Shown piece after piece: positions 1-9,211 of a stretch of 64,000 nucleotides of DNA (positions within the stretch are counted from its first letter, which is position 1; each line of letters starts with the position of its first letter). The translations under genes were made by a program, and so were the position numbers. The stretch lies in NCBI GenBank assembly GCA_046045965.1, contig JBJOKS010000019.1:51361-115360 (forward strand), given 5' to 3'. The notes beneath the pieces were generated by a model. That model was given only the letters and a program-made list of their open reading frames with translations, had not been told where the DNA came from and searched no databases. Source of the DNA: Cyanobacteriota bacterium. GTDB lineage: Bacteria > Cyanobacteriota > Cyanobacteriia > Cyanobacteriales > Nostocaceae.

Positions 1-194
1 AATCAAAAAGGACACCGTAGAGGGTTTATTAGTTTGGAAACCTTGACGACTGTGAAGCATATTATCCAGGGAAATGGACGGTTTTAAAACAGGTGACAGG
101 GAACAGGTGATATTTCAGTAAATACGCTAAAGCAAGCGATGTCAAATATATTGCGCTTTAGAAAAACTATGCTACTGTTAGTATAGTTGCTTTA

Positions 195-1208
195 GTGCTA
201 TATATGACTAAACCTAATACGACCGGGCTGAGTAACGAAACGTCAAAAAAATTCAACTGGCCTGTCTGGTTTCCCTATCCTAGTTCTTGGTTAAAAGCCA
301 TTATTCTGGCTTTATTTTTAAGAGTTATTTCATTTGTATTTACTAATACGGGAGAGTTAGGCTTTAAAATTGCTAATTTTACCAATAGCCCAGAATTATT
401 TATTATATTTTCAATCTTGGCAATCATATCTCCTATTTTTGTCATCACTTTTACCCATCACATATTTCATATCATTATTAGTCAATTTTTCCCTAGTATA
501 CAAGCCCCAGAAATAGGAAAACCCAAAGGATTTATACCAGGAATAGTAAGCATTTGGGAAGGGTTATATGGTTGGATGGCTATTTGGTTATCAGGACTAA
601 TATCATTTTTAATTTTGATTATTTTCTTTCCCATACTTGATATAAATTTTTCTAAATCAGTTGAGTTTTATACAGATTTTGAAGAGGCTATAATAGTTAT
701 ATTTGGAAGTATTTGGATTATCAATGTAGCTTTATTTTACCAAATAGATTTTTTATTTAAAAGACGGCTATTAACCATATCATCAGAAACTGATAAATCA
801 ACAAATGAATTACCATCACCGCAAAATGTCAAGCATAAAGAAAAAGCTGATCATGCCAATTTTGTAGATTTAGAAATGGATAGATTGCGTGGTAGTATGG
901 GATTAACTCAAATGAAAGGTAAGAAAAAATCACCTCCCAACGCTCAATCATCTAACGAAGTTACAAAAGAAGATAACTTTCAAATAGCTGTTAAATTAGC
1001 CAAGAATGCAGCCCAAATAACGCGAACTGCAAAAACCAAAACCGAATGGTATCAAGTAGGTAGAGAGTGGCAAAAAACCATAGAAATGCTCAAAACAGTA
1101 CCAGTTTCTCATCCTAATTATGCAGTAGCACAAGAAAAGATTATTGATTATCAAAAATATATTAACTACGCTCAAAAAATAGTTAATGGCAAACACATCA
1201 ACAATTAA
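195..1208 (+). CDS. Hypothetical membrane protein with C-terminal helical-bundle domain
   Basis: 337-aa ORF. About 4 hydrophobic segments in the N-terminal half, a low-complexity linker, then a helical C-terminus (EWYQVGREWQKTIEMLK...AQEKIIDYQ). Start may be ATG at 204. Confidence 0.7.
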   Translation: MLYMTKPNTTGLSNETSKKFNWPVWFPYPSSWLKAIILALFLRVISFVFTNTGELGFKIANFTNSPELFIIFSILAIISPIFVITFTHHIFHIIISQFFPSIQAPEIGKPKGFIPGIVSIWEGLYGWMAIWLSGLISFLILIIFFPILDINFSKSVEFYTDFEEAIIVIFGSIWIINVALFYQIDFLFKRRLLTISSETDKSTNELPSPQNVKHKEKADHANFVDLEMDRLRGSMGLTQMKGKKKSPPNAQSSNEVTKEDNFQIAVKLAKNAAQITRTAKTKTEWYQVGREWQKTIEMLKTVPVSHPNYAVAQEKIIDYQKYINYAQKIVNGKHINN

Positions 1209-1240
1209 AGTAAACCTTAACTTCCCTATCTTTGTGCCTC

Positions 1241-1725
1241 ATTTCCAGGATTTAAGGATGAATAGGATTTGATTTTTTGCTACTTGGGGTGATAATTGAA
1301 TATTAAATTTTGTCAGAATCCGGATTTCCAGGATTTAAAGATGAACAGGATTTGACTTTTTTAATTTGGGGTGAGAATTAAATATTAAATTTTGTCAGAA
1401 TCAGGATTTCCAGGATTTAAGGATGAAGAGGATTTGATTTTTTGTAATTGCTTGAATTGAAGGTAAGTCTTGTATATTTTATATATTTTTAATAATAAAA
1501 CCGCTATATTTTGTTAATATTCCACCCCTCTATCCTTTTATTCTTTATATTTTATTATTTATTGATTATCAAATCCCGAAAATCAAAACAATAACCAACA
1601 TCCTGTAAATCCTCAAATCCTGGATATCCTGATTCTGACAACTTCAAAATTATCAAATCCCGAAAATCAAAACAATAACCAACATCCTGTAAATCCTCAA
1701 ATCCTGGATATCCTGATTCTGACAA
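1241..1725. repeat. Cluster of dispersed 'TGTCAGAATCAGGAT..CCAGGATTT' repeats: 3 direct copies plus 2 inverted copies
   Basis: Direct copies at about 1241-1275 (partial), 1309-1355 and 1391-1437, period about 82 bp. An exact 77-bp duplication in the opposite orientation lies at 1565-1641 and 1649-1725. Confidence 0.9.
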
Positions 1726-1733
1726 ACTCAAAT

Positions 1734-1759
1734 AAAAAAAGCCCGCACCTGCGGACTTT
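1734..1759 (-). terminator. Rho-independent terminator of desB
   Basis: Minus strand reads AAAGTCCGCAGGTGCGGGCTTTTTTT, about 25 nt after the desB stop. Confidence 0.75.
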
Positions 1760-1782
1760 ATAAATCTCAACCTATCTAGGAA

Positions 1783-2859
1783 TTACTTAACATTCTCATG
1801 ATGATAAGTGTGATAAACCTTAGCACCCTCATCTGGGACAAAACGGCAAACCTTAGCAGAATGCAATAATGCCTTCCAAATAGGAACTTCAGACTTGTAG
1901 TAATAATCGCCTAAAATTGGTTTAATTGCCTCAGTTGCTTTCAACAAATTGTAATGAGGCATATTCAAAAAGATGTGATGGGCAACATGAGTACCGATAT
2001 CATGATGGATATGGTTAAAAATGCCATAATCTCTATCAATGGTCGAAATTGCACCCTTTAAAAAAGTCCAGTTATCACCACGATACCAAGGTAATTCCTG
2101 TTCTGTGTGATGTAAATAAGTTACTAAATCCAACCAAATCACAAACACAATGTAAGGAACAGCGTAGTATTTCAGCAACCACATCCAACCCCATTGATAA
2201 GTGAAGAAACTTAGCAAACCTACCATGCAAATCCAAAGGGTAGTGCTAGTGATAATATCCCATTTTTCTGAAGGTTTAAAAAGGGGACTTCTGGGGTCAA
2301 AATGTGAACCTTCCTTACCAGGAGAACGCTTAAACAAATAAATTGGATAAGCTAACAAGAACACATAGAAACGCCCTATTTTTTGTAATAAGGGCATTTT
2401 ATTGTATTCAGATTCAGACACAGGATACCAGCTTTCATCATTTTCCAAACTGCCAGTATTTTTGTGGTGAGTTCTGTGGCTAATTCTCCAACCGTGATAA
2501 GGAACAAGAATGAAAGTATGAGTGATATGACCAACCAAATCATTTAGCCATTTATGCTTAGAAAAAGATTGGTGTCCGCAGTCATGACCAACCACAAACA
2601 AAGCCCAAAACATTGTTCCTTGCAATACCCAGAAAATTGGCCAGAAATACCAAGAATCTAGATAATGTGCAACTGCATATAAAGCAGCGACAATGGCAAC
2701 ATCACGGAAAAAGTAATAGAGTGATTTAACCACACTAGGCTGAAAACATTCAGCAGGAATAGCAGCTTTTAAATCTTGGAGAGTAAACGGAAGTTTATCT
2801 TCACCTTGAGATGATTCCAAGCTAGGACTTTGGTTGAACTGAACTGTATCTAATTGCAC
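1783..2859 (-). CDS. desB: Omega-3 (delta-15) acyl-lipid desaturase
   Basis: Histidine boxes HDCGH, HRTHH and HVAHH. Probable GTG start at 2859 gives 358 aa (ORF track extends to 2919). Confidence 0.92.
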   Translation of the reverse strand: MQLDTVQFNQSPSLESSQGEDKLPFTLQDLKAAIPAECFQPSVVKSLYYFFRDVAIVAALYAVAHYLDSWYFWPIFWVLQGTMFWALFVVGHDCGHQSFSKHKWLNDLVGHITHTFILVPYHGWRISHRTHHKNTGSLENDESWYPVSESEYNKMPLLQKIGRFYVFLLAYPIYLFKRSPGKEGSHFDPRSPLFKPSEKWDIITSTTLWICMVGLLSFFTYQWGWMWLLKYYAVPYIVFVIWLDLVTYLHHTEQELPWYRGDNWTFLKGAISTIDRDYGIFNHIHHDIGTHVAHHIFLNMPHYNLLKATEAIKPILGDYYYKSEVPIWKALLHSAKVCRFVPDEGAKVYHTYHHENVK

Positions 2860-3006
2860 TGGATTTGGTGATGTTAAAAAAATCAAGTTCGGGTAGACAA
2901 TGTTCACTAAATATCGCAAACATTGAAATTTAGAAACTAAAATGATTTAATAAATTTTGATTAATTAAATCATTTTGTCATTGGTGGAATTATTAGCTAG
3001 AGACTT

Positions 3007-4065
3007 TTATCTCTGGGCGTAATATTCGTCAAAAGTTGTATAACCAATGTCAGTTTTATAAAGTTGACATTCGTTAGTGATTAGTTTCATTAAATCCCAA
3101 GAGAACTTATATTCCTCATGGAGATATGGTTGCCAATTTTGTTTGATGCTGTCGTAAGCTAACCGCAAATTGTAGGAAGGAATAGCGGTAGAAATATGAT
3201 GGGGAACGTGAACGTTAATATCATGACAAAGGATTTCTACCCAACGAGGATAATCACAATGAACTGTACCGAATAACTGTGCCATAGCCTCGTTCCACTT
3301 GTCAGCAGTTTTAAAAGGAACATCTGGAAGAGTGTGGTGAACAATAGTGAAGGTACTCATCCAGAAATGGTAAACCATCCAAGGGATAAACCAGAACTTA
3401 ATAAATCCCCAAACACCAGTGGTAATAATCAACGTTGGAAAAACAATAGCTGCAAAAGCTACCACCACACCAACAGAAAGCTTAACATTAGCTCTATCTT
3501 TTGGCTGAAATTTTCGCGCATCAAAATGCACAACTGCCCAATGTCCAATAGAACCTACCCACCACAGACGCTTCTGCATAAAAAATTGAAATGCAGACTG
3601 TCTGGTTTTATTCCAACTTTCAAAAACCTCTGGTCTGATGGGATGCCATGCGTTATCCTCATCTAATTTATTTGTATGTTTATGGTGATGATTATGTTTA
3701 ATTCTCCAGCTGTGAAAAGGGTAAATTAGAAACATCATGAAAAAATGACCAACCAAATCATTTACCCAACGACGTTTAGCAAAAGAACGATGTCCGCAGT
3801 CATGTCCAATAACAAAAAATCCTGTTAAAGCAGTTCCTGTAAAAATCCATGCTATGGGTAGAAGAAACCAGGGAGAAATTGCTATAAAATAATAGCCTAA
3901 TGCAGCCATAGATAGACTGAGAACTACAGTAGTCCAAGCTTTGCGGCTATTTTGTTGGAAACATTCCTTGGGCAGACTTTTGATAATATGTTTTAGTTTG
4001 ATTTCGTCTTTACCAAGGCTTGTGGAGACGAAAGTTTCCTGGTTTTTGATGATTGATGTAGTCAT
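3007..4065 (-). CDS. desA: Delta-12 acyl-lipid desaturase
   Basis: Histidine boxes HDCGH, HNHHH and HVPHH. Probable ATG at 4065 (MTTSII). Confidence 0.92.
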   Translation of the reverse strand: MTTSIIKNQETFVSTSLGKDEIKLKHIIKSLPKECFQQNSRKAWTTVVLSLSMAALGYYFIAISPWFLLPIAWIFTGTALTGFFVIGHDCGHRSFAKRRWVNDLVGHFFMMFLIYPFHSWRIKHNHHHKHTNKLDEDNAWHPIRPEVFESWNKTRQSAFQFFMQKRLWWVGSIGHWAVVHFDARKFQPKDRANVKLSVGVVVAFAAIVFPTLIITTGVWGFIKFWFIPWMVYHFWMSTFTIVHHTLPDVPFKTADKWNEAMAQLFGTVHCDYPRWVEILCHDINVHVPHHISTAIPSYNLRLAYDSIKQNWQPYLHEEYKFSWDLMKLITNECQLYKTDIGYTTFDEYYAQR

Positions 4066-4250
4066 GAATACCTGAAAAACAGCAAGTCCTCCTGCAAAAT
4101 CACTAGAAAAATGAGCTTGCAGCAAAGTTTTGTAACATTAATTTCTGAGATTATAGCAACCTAAGAGTAACTTAGGGTAGGTAATCAGCAATTAAAATTA
4201 AAAATTAAAAATTAAAAATTAAAAATTTTAATCGCTGTAGTTGTACGCAA

Positions 4251-4299
4251 AAAGTCAATAGTTTAGCGTCCAAATTTTGAACATAAAACTATTGACTTT
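4251..4299. terminator. 14-bp inverted repeat (stem-loop) 3' of desC
   Basis: AAAGTCAATAGTTT (4251-4264) and AAACTATTGACTTT (4286-4299). Confidence 0.55.
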
Positions 4300-4315
4300 C
4301 AAGATAAACTATGCG

Positions 4316-5134
4316 TTATGCTTTTTTCTCTGCCAGCTTGACATTTGTCGCTAGACCTAGCAGTTGGAGTAATTGAATAGTCATCCAAGTCATATCAATT
4401 TCCCACCATTCCAAGCCATGACGGGCAGAATACTGAAAAGCATGGTGATTATTGTGCCAGCCTTCACCAAATACCAGAATCGCCACCCACCAACAATTAG
4501 TGGAATTGTCACCAGATTCTGGATATGTGCGATAGCCGAACTTATGGGTAGCACTGTTGACCAACCAAGTACAGTGGTAAACCCAGATAATCCGCACAAA
4601 AATTCCCCAAACGACAAAAGACCAGCCGCCTAAGAAAAAGAGTAGTAGTCCCAGGGCAATTTGTAAGAAAATGAAATTTTTCTGTAAAAACTGATAAACT
4701 GGGTCATCAATAATGTCTTTTGTGAAGCGAGGAACTTGTTCGTGAGCGGGGGCAAAATGAATCATCCAGCCCATGTGACTCCACCAGAAACCTTGATTGG
4801 AATCATGGGGATCATTTTCTGTATCTGAGTGTAAATGATGGATACGGTGTGTACCTACCCACTCAATAGGTCCGCCTTCACAGGATAAAGTCCCGAAAAT
4901 AACTAGGAGATACTCCAGCCATTTGGGAGTTTGAAAACTGCGGTGGGTGACAAGACGGTGATAACCAAGGGTAATCCCTAAACCACCAGTTACCCAGTAA
5001 AGAAATAAAGCCACACCGACAGCTTTCCAGCTAAAGTTACTAGGAACTAAAGCGAACATAGCTCCAATGTGTAATGCAACGAAAAATAGGGTGTTAACCC
5101 AGTTAATTTGAGGTTTAGAAGTAGCAATTGTCAT
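4316..5134 (-). CDS. desC: Delta-9 acyl-lipid desaturase
   Basis: Motifs GYHRLVTHRSF, HRIHH and GEGWHNNHH; 272 aa. Confidence 0.93.
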   Translation of the reverse strand: MTIATSKPQINWVNTLFFVALHIGAMFALVPSNFSWKAVGVALFLYWVTGGLGITLGYHRLVTHRSFQTPKWLEYLLVIFGTLSCEGGPIEWVGTHRIHHLHSDTENDPHDSNQGFWWSHMGWMIHFAPAHEQVPRFTKDIIDDPVYQFLQKNFIFLQIALGLLLFFLGGWSFVVWGIFVRIIWVYHCTWLVNSATHKFGYRTYPESGDNSTNCWWVAILVFGEGWHNNHHAFQYSARHGLEWWEIDMTWMTIQLLQLLGLATNVKLAEKKA

Positions 5135-5228
5135 GCAGTATCCTGAATAGAAATTTGTTCAGCCTAATCTGCGCGATTTTTCGAGTAGCTAGGCGCTACG
5201 CGCCATAAATCCGCATATCTATATTTTT

Positions 5229-6473
5229 TTGAATGAGGAAACAATGAACAGCATAGAAAAGCTACGGCAAGCAGAACAGGCACTATTAGAGATTTTTTCT
5301 GGTATTGACGCTCAGGTCAAGCATAATCTGAAACGGGTACTCGATGCTTTTCGTAATCACCGTGTAGGATCACACCATTTTGCGGGTGTAAGTGGTTATG
5401 GACACGATGATTTAGGAAGAGAAACCTTAGATAAAGTATTTGCCGAAGTGATGGGTGCCGAGGCTGCGGTGGTGCGAGTGCAGATTGTTTCGGGAACTCA
5501 TGCGATCGCCTGTGCGCTGTATGGTGTGCTTCGTCCTGGGGATGAAATGTTAGCAGTAGTCGGTTCTCCCTACGATACATTGGAAGAGGTAATTGGCTTG
5601 CGAGGGCAAAACCAAGGTTCCCTTATTGAGTTTGGCATAAAATACCGCCAATTGGAACTAACCCAAGAAGGAAAAGTAGATTGGTCAGCTTTAAGCACCG
5701 CCATCACCGAAAATACCCGTTTAGTCCTCATTCAGCGTTCCTGTGGATACTCATGGCGGCCAAGCCTATCTATAGCTGAGATTGAAAAAATAGTTCACAT
5801 CGTCAAACAACAAAACCCCAACACCGTTTGTTTTGTAGACAACTGCTACGGCGAATTTATTGACACCCAAGAACCAACCCACGTAGGTGCTGACTTGATG
5901 GCCGGGTCATTGATTAAAAACCCTGGTGGTACACTTGTTACAGCCGGTGGTTACATAGCCGGAAAAGCTGACCTAGTAGAAGCAGCAGCTTGTAGACTTA
6001 CCGCCCCGGGTATTGGTAGTGCGGGAGGTGCAACCTTTGATCAAAACCGCTTATTATTCCAAGGGTTATTTTTAGCACCCCAGATAGTCGGGGAAGCTAT
6101 GAAAGGAACATACCTCACAGGTTACGTATTTGATAAACTCGGATATCCCGTTAACCCCGCACCTTTAGCACCACGGGGGGACGTTATCCAAGCCATCAAA
6201 CTCGGTTCAGCCAAAAAGCTAATCGCCTTCTGTAAAGCCATCCAACAGTATTCACCCATAGGATCTTATCTCGACCCCGTTCCCGATGATATGCCAGGGT
6301 ACGAAAGCCAAGTAGTCATGGCTGGGGGGACATTTATTGAAGGTAGCACCTTGGAATTATCAGCCGATGGACCATTACGTGAGCCTTATGTTGTGTATTG
6401 TCAGGGCGGGACACATTGGACTCATGTATCTTTGGCGTTACAGGCAGCTATTGAGGCTGTAGGAGAAGTATAA
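5229..6473 (+). CDS. PLP-dependent methionine gamma-lyase-like / aluminium resistance (YnbB) family protein
   Basis: Motifs SGYGHDDLGR, VSGTHAI, FVDNCYGEF, GSLIKNPGG and GSTLELSADGP. Confidence 0.88.
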   Translation: MNEETMNSIEKLRQAEQALLEIFSGIDAQVKHNLKRVLDAFRNHRVGSHHFAGVSGYGHDDLGRETLDKVFAEVMGAEAAVVRVQIVSGTHAIACALYGVLRPGDEMLAVVGSPYDTLEEVIGLRGQNQGSLIEFGIKYRQLELTQEGKVDWSALSTAITENTRLVLIQRSCGYSWRPSLSIAEIEKIVHIVKQQNPNTVCFVDNCYGEFIDTQEPTHVGADLMAGSLIKNPGGTLVTAGGYIAGKADLVEAAACRLTAPGIGSAGGATFDQNRLLFQGLFLAPQIVGEAMKGTYLTGYVFDKLGYPVNPAPLAPRGDVIQAIKLGSAKKLIAFCKAIQQYSPIGSYLDPVPDDMPGYESQVVMAGGTFIEGSTLELSADGPLREPYVVYCQGGTHWTHVSLALQAAIEAVGEV

Positions 6474-6478
6474 GAAGA

Positions 6479-6985
6479 GTTTCGCGCAAAGACGCTAAGG
6501 AGCAAAGGCGCGAAGGAAGAGAAGGAAGAGAAGGAGGAGTTTAAAGTTTGTTAGCTATGCGTTTGATACCGTCTTTGATGAGGACTTCACCAAAGTTGAT
6601 GAGTAGGCCAAGGCGTTTATTGGCAAGGGTGAGATAGGTAATGAGTTGTTTTTTGTGGACGGGGTGTAGGGTGTCTAAGGATTTAATTTCAATGATGACT
6701 TTGTTTTCAACTATGATGTCTGCCCTAAAACCTTCCTGTAAATGAACACTCTCATAAACTACAGGTATTGGTTGTTGCCTTGCTACCTGTAAACCTCTAC
6801 TCTCCAACTCCTAGGCCAAAATAGTCTCATACACAGATTCAAACAACCCAGGTCCTCACCTAGTATGAATCTTGTACGCAGCATCAACAATCTGAGTTGC
6901 TATTTCATTCTCCGTCATCTTCATATCCTTCTTCTTACTTTGTATCTTCTTCTTACCTTTGCTCCTCTGCGCCTTTGCGCGAAAC
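6479..6985. mobile_element. Putative cassette: GxxExxY pseudogene bounded by 30-bp inverted repeats
   Basis: Left GTTTCGCGCAAAGACGCTAAGGAGCAAAGG (6479-6508); reverse complement of right (6956-6985) is GTTTCGCGCAAAGGCGCAGAGGAGCAAAGG, 27/30 identical. Mobility is inferred, not shown. Confidence 0.5.
6541..6918 (-). pseudogene. GxxExxY family (PD-(D/E)XK-like nuclease) pseudogene
   Basis: From ATG 6918: MTENEIATQIVDAAYKIHTR*GPGLFESVYETILA*ELESRG...FRADIIVENKVIIEIKS...GLLINFG. In-frame stops are TGA (6856-6858) and TAG (6811-6813). Confidence 0.88.
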
Positions 6986-6986
6986 C

Positions 6987-8186
6987 TTATTCCGGTAATT
7001 TATACTGCGCTACGATCCGCTTGGCAAATTCTGGTACATGATCTGCCAATTTCTCTGGATGATTCCGTTTAACATATAAGTAATTTCTTGTAAAGTGGGA
7101 ATCCATCGAAAATTTCCCATATTCCAGTCCTTGTGGTCCGATTTTATCTATGACGACTCCCATTAATTTTGCTACCCACATGGGTAAGGTGACGGCTTTA
7201 TCGTAGGCTTCTATTCCTTGTTGTACGGCGGCTTTTCTGTCTCCTTTGGACATCACTGGTTGGGTGTGGAGTTGGTCTTTTACCAGTTCGAGCATTTCTT
7301 TCCCGGTATCATTTCTCACTACTATCCATTGCCAGTTGAAAGGTGCGCCCATGTATCCTACTACTATGTCTGCTAGGGAGTTGACGTAATCAAAGCAACT
7401 CATACATGATGGGGCGAAGATGTCTTTTAGTACGTTGGTTTTTAAGCCAAAGAAGGGTACTTTTTCTTCTGATCCATCTTCATGTTTAAAATGTACCCGG
7501 AAGTCTTGCATAAATTCGTAACTAACTACGGTTTCGGGGGATCTGCTGGTGGTTTCTAGGAATTTTTGCAGTCCGGCGCGGGTAACGTTATCTACGCATG
7601 GTGTACCCAGGACATAGAGTTTTTCTAGTCCGAGTTTTTTCTCAACAGCGCGTAATGCTTGGATTTGACACCCTACTCCGATGACTAATAACCGCTTCAT
7701 TCCCGATTTTTCGATTTCTTCTAATACGGAAAGGTTGGGGGATAGGGTAGGTTTGTTTACTTTGGCAGCTAGTATTTCTTCGGGGGTGCGGGCGATGATG
7801 GGCATGGGTTGAAAGCGGTCTTCTTTGGTGTTTTGGACACAGACTACGCCTTCGACTAAGCCCCGGTTGAGCATTTCTATGGCGATGGTGCTGACTATTC
7901 CTGTCCATTGTGCGCCTTCTATGGGTTGTTGTTTTCTGGCGGCTATCATTTCTTGATGTACGCCAAAATAAAGTTCGTTGTCGTCTTCTAGGTTGCGGGG
8001 GCGGTTATGGGTGGTGGTTTCTAGTTCGTCTATTCTTTGGGTGATGAAGGCGCACGCTTCTTTGACGTAGTGGATATAGTAGGTGTCGCATAGTCCGCAT
8101 TCGCTACAAAGTTCTTTGGCGGGGCGCACGCTTCCGGGTTTGAGGGCTTTGGCTTTTTTGTGTTTGCTAGAATCTATGGTAGTCAT
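6987..8186 (-). CDS. cvrA: Ferredoxin-dependent 3,8-divinyl (proto)chlorophyllide 8-vinyl reductase (FrhB-like family)
   Basis: Motifs CSECGLCDT, GAQWTGIV, GVGCQIQALR, GTPCVDN and SCMSCFDY, typical of CvrA/BciB. Confidence 0.85.
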   Translation of the reverse strand: MTTIDSSKHKKAKALKPGSVRPAKELCSECGLCDTYYIHYVKEACAFITQRIDELETTTHNRPRNLEDDNELYFGVHQEMIAARKQQPIEGAQWTGIVSTIAIEMLNRGLVEGVVCVQNTKEDRFQPMPIIARTPEEILAAKVNKPTLSPNLSVLEEIEKSGMKRLLVIGVGCQIQALRAVEKKLGLEKLYVLGTPCVDNVTRAGLQKFLETTSRSPETVVSYEFMQDFRVHFKHEDGSEEKVPFFGLKTNVLKDIFAPSCMSCFDYVNSLADIVVGYMGAPFNWQWIVVRNDTGKEMLELVKDQLHTQPVMSKGDRKAAVQQGIEAYDKAVTLPMWVAKLMGVVIDKIGPQGLEYGKFSMDSHFTRNYLYVKRNHPEKLADHVPEFAKRIVAQYKLPE

Positions 8187-8240
8187 ATATTTTGTTTGTT
8201 TTACTCAAATATTGCTTTTATTACCTTACCGTTACAAGCT

Positions 8241-8447
8241 ATGAACTTGAAGATTGAGATTGAACAAGAGGAAGACGGGCGTTTTATTGCTGAGGTGATT
8301 GATATTCCCGGTGTTTTGGCCTATGGAAATACAAGACAGGAAGCAGTAGCCAAGGTTCAGGCTTTGGCTTTGCGAGTATTAGCGGATAAATTGGAACATG
8401 GTGAAGTACACTCAGATTTATTTAGTGTTTCTTTTGCAGCAGCATGA
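8241..8447 (+). CDS. hicB: HicB-family antitoxin
   Basis: ATG 8241: IEIEQEEDGRFIAEVIDIPGVLAYGNTRQEA. Stop overlaps the next start (ATGA). Confidence 0.85.
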   Translation: MNLKIEIEQEEDGRFIAEVIDIPGVLAYGNTRQEAVAKVQALALRVLADKLEHGEVHSDLFSVSFAAA

Positions 8448-8656
8448 GTCAATGGTCTAGTCAAAAAGCAAAGCGTGTTTTAGCCGCCTTGTTGCGTATT
8501 GGATGGGAAATCAAACGTCAATCAGGTTCACACAAAATTCTGTCACGTCCTGATTGGGATGATTTCATTTTTGCATTTCATGATAATGAAGAGATAGGTC
8601 CGAGAATGTTAGCAAGAATCAGTAAACTTACTGGTTTAACTCCTGATGATTTGTGA
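8444..8656 (+). CDS. hicA: HicA-family toxin
   Basis: LLRIGWEIKRQSGSHKIL (GSH motif) and FAFHDNEEIG; 70 aa. Confidence 0.85.
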   Translation: MSQWSSQKAKRVLAALLRIGWEIKRQSGSHKILSRPDWDDFIFAFHDNEEIGPRMLARISKLTGLTPDDL

Positions 8657-8766
8657 TGTGGATTCCTTTATAATTTTCTGTATTTTATAGTTTATTGATA
8701 AAGGAATTGACATTTTCAAGCCTTTTAACTTAGAATTTAGCTTGTTATTTTATTAACCTCTTACAC

Positions 8767-9033
8767 ATGAAAGATAACATTTTTGACTTTCTGAAGAGAT
8801 ACAGTGCAGAAGATATTAGTGAAACCATTTCCATGTACAAGTTATTTGGCGGATTTTTGTTTGTATTTGCACTTTATTCTGCGGCATTTTGGTTAGTTCC
8901 TCAGTCAGAAATACTAAATGAACTTGTTTTTGGGATAAAGGTCACTAATGCATTAGGTACTTTTATTCTATCAACTATAACTTTTCTTTTCATAATTCTA
9001 TTTGTCGGTAAGAAGAACCCGTCTAATCTGTAA
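8767..9033 (+). CDS. Small hypothetical membrane protein (2 TM)
   Basis: 88-aa ORF with two hydrophobic segments, followed by a terminator. Confidence 0.5.
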   Translation: MKDNIFDFLKRYSAEDISETISMYKLFGGFLFVFALYSAAFWLVPQSEILNELVFGIKVTNALGTFILSTITFLFIILFVGKKNPSNL

Positions 9034-9064
9034 AATTTATCCACTTATGAATTTTTGCTTAATC

Positions 9065-9095
9065 AACCCTTCGATTAATTTATCGAGGGTTTTTT
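9065..9095 (+). terminator. Rho-independent terminator
   Basis: AACCCTTCGAT-TAATTT-ATCGAGGGTT followed by a T tract. Confidence 0.65.
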
Positions 9096-9172
9096 GCTGT
9101 TAAAATACATCTTTCATTATCCCACAAAACCGCCTGATAATTAATTCTCATAATGATCGCTGTTTCAAAAAA

Positions 9173-9190
9173 TATGCTATATTTAGCATA
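9173..9190. promoter_or_regulatory. Palindromic operator overlapping an extended -10 of the toxin-antitoxin operon
   Basis: Perfect TATGCTA-TATT-TAGCATA, containing TGCTATATT, 21 nt before the toxin start. Confidence 0.6.
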
Positions 9191-9211
9191 ATCAGGATAT
9201 AAGTCAGACAA

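Noticed and set aside
2..46. Possible 3' end of an upstream gene (IKKDTVEGLLVWKP*)
   Set aside because: Only 14 codons are visible, too few to support a call.
1241..1725. CRISPR array
   Set aside because: Inter-repeat segments are homologous or identical, both orientations occur, and there are no cas genes.
1555..1770. 71-aa ORF with internal duplication
   Set aside because: It is the translation of the 84-bp-period repeat plus the desB terminator.
6541..6918. Stop-codon recoding in the GxxExxY gene
   Set aside because: The two stops differ (TGA and TAG) and all neighbouring genes use the standard code; pseudogenisation is simpler.
6987..8186. F420 hydrogenase subunit
   Set aside because: No other frh subunits; in cyanobacteria this family is the 8-vinyl reductase.
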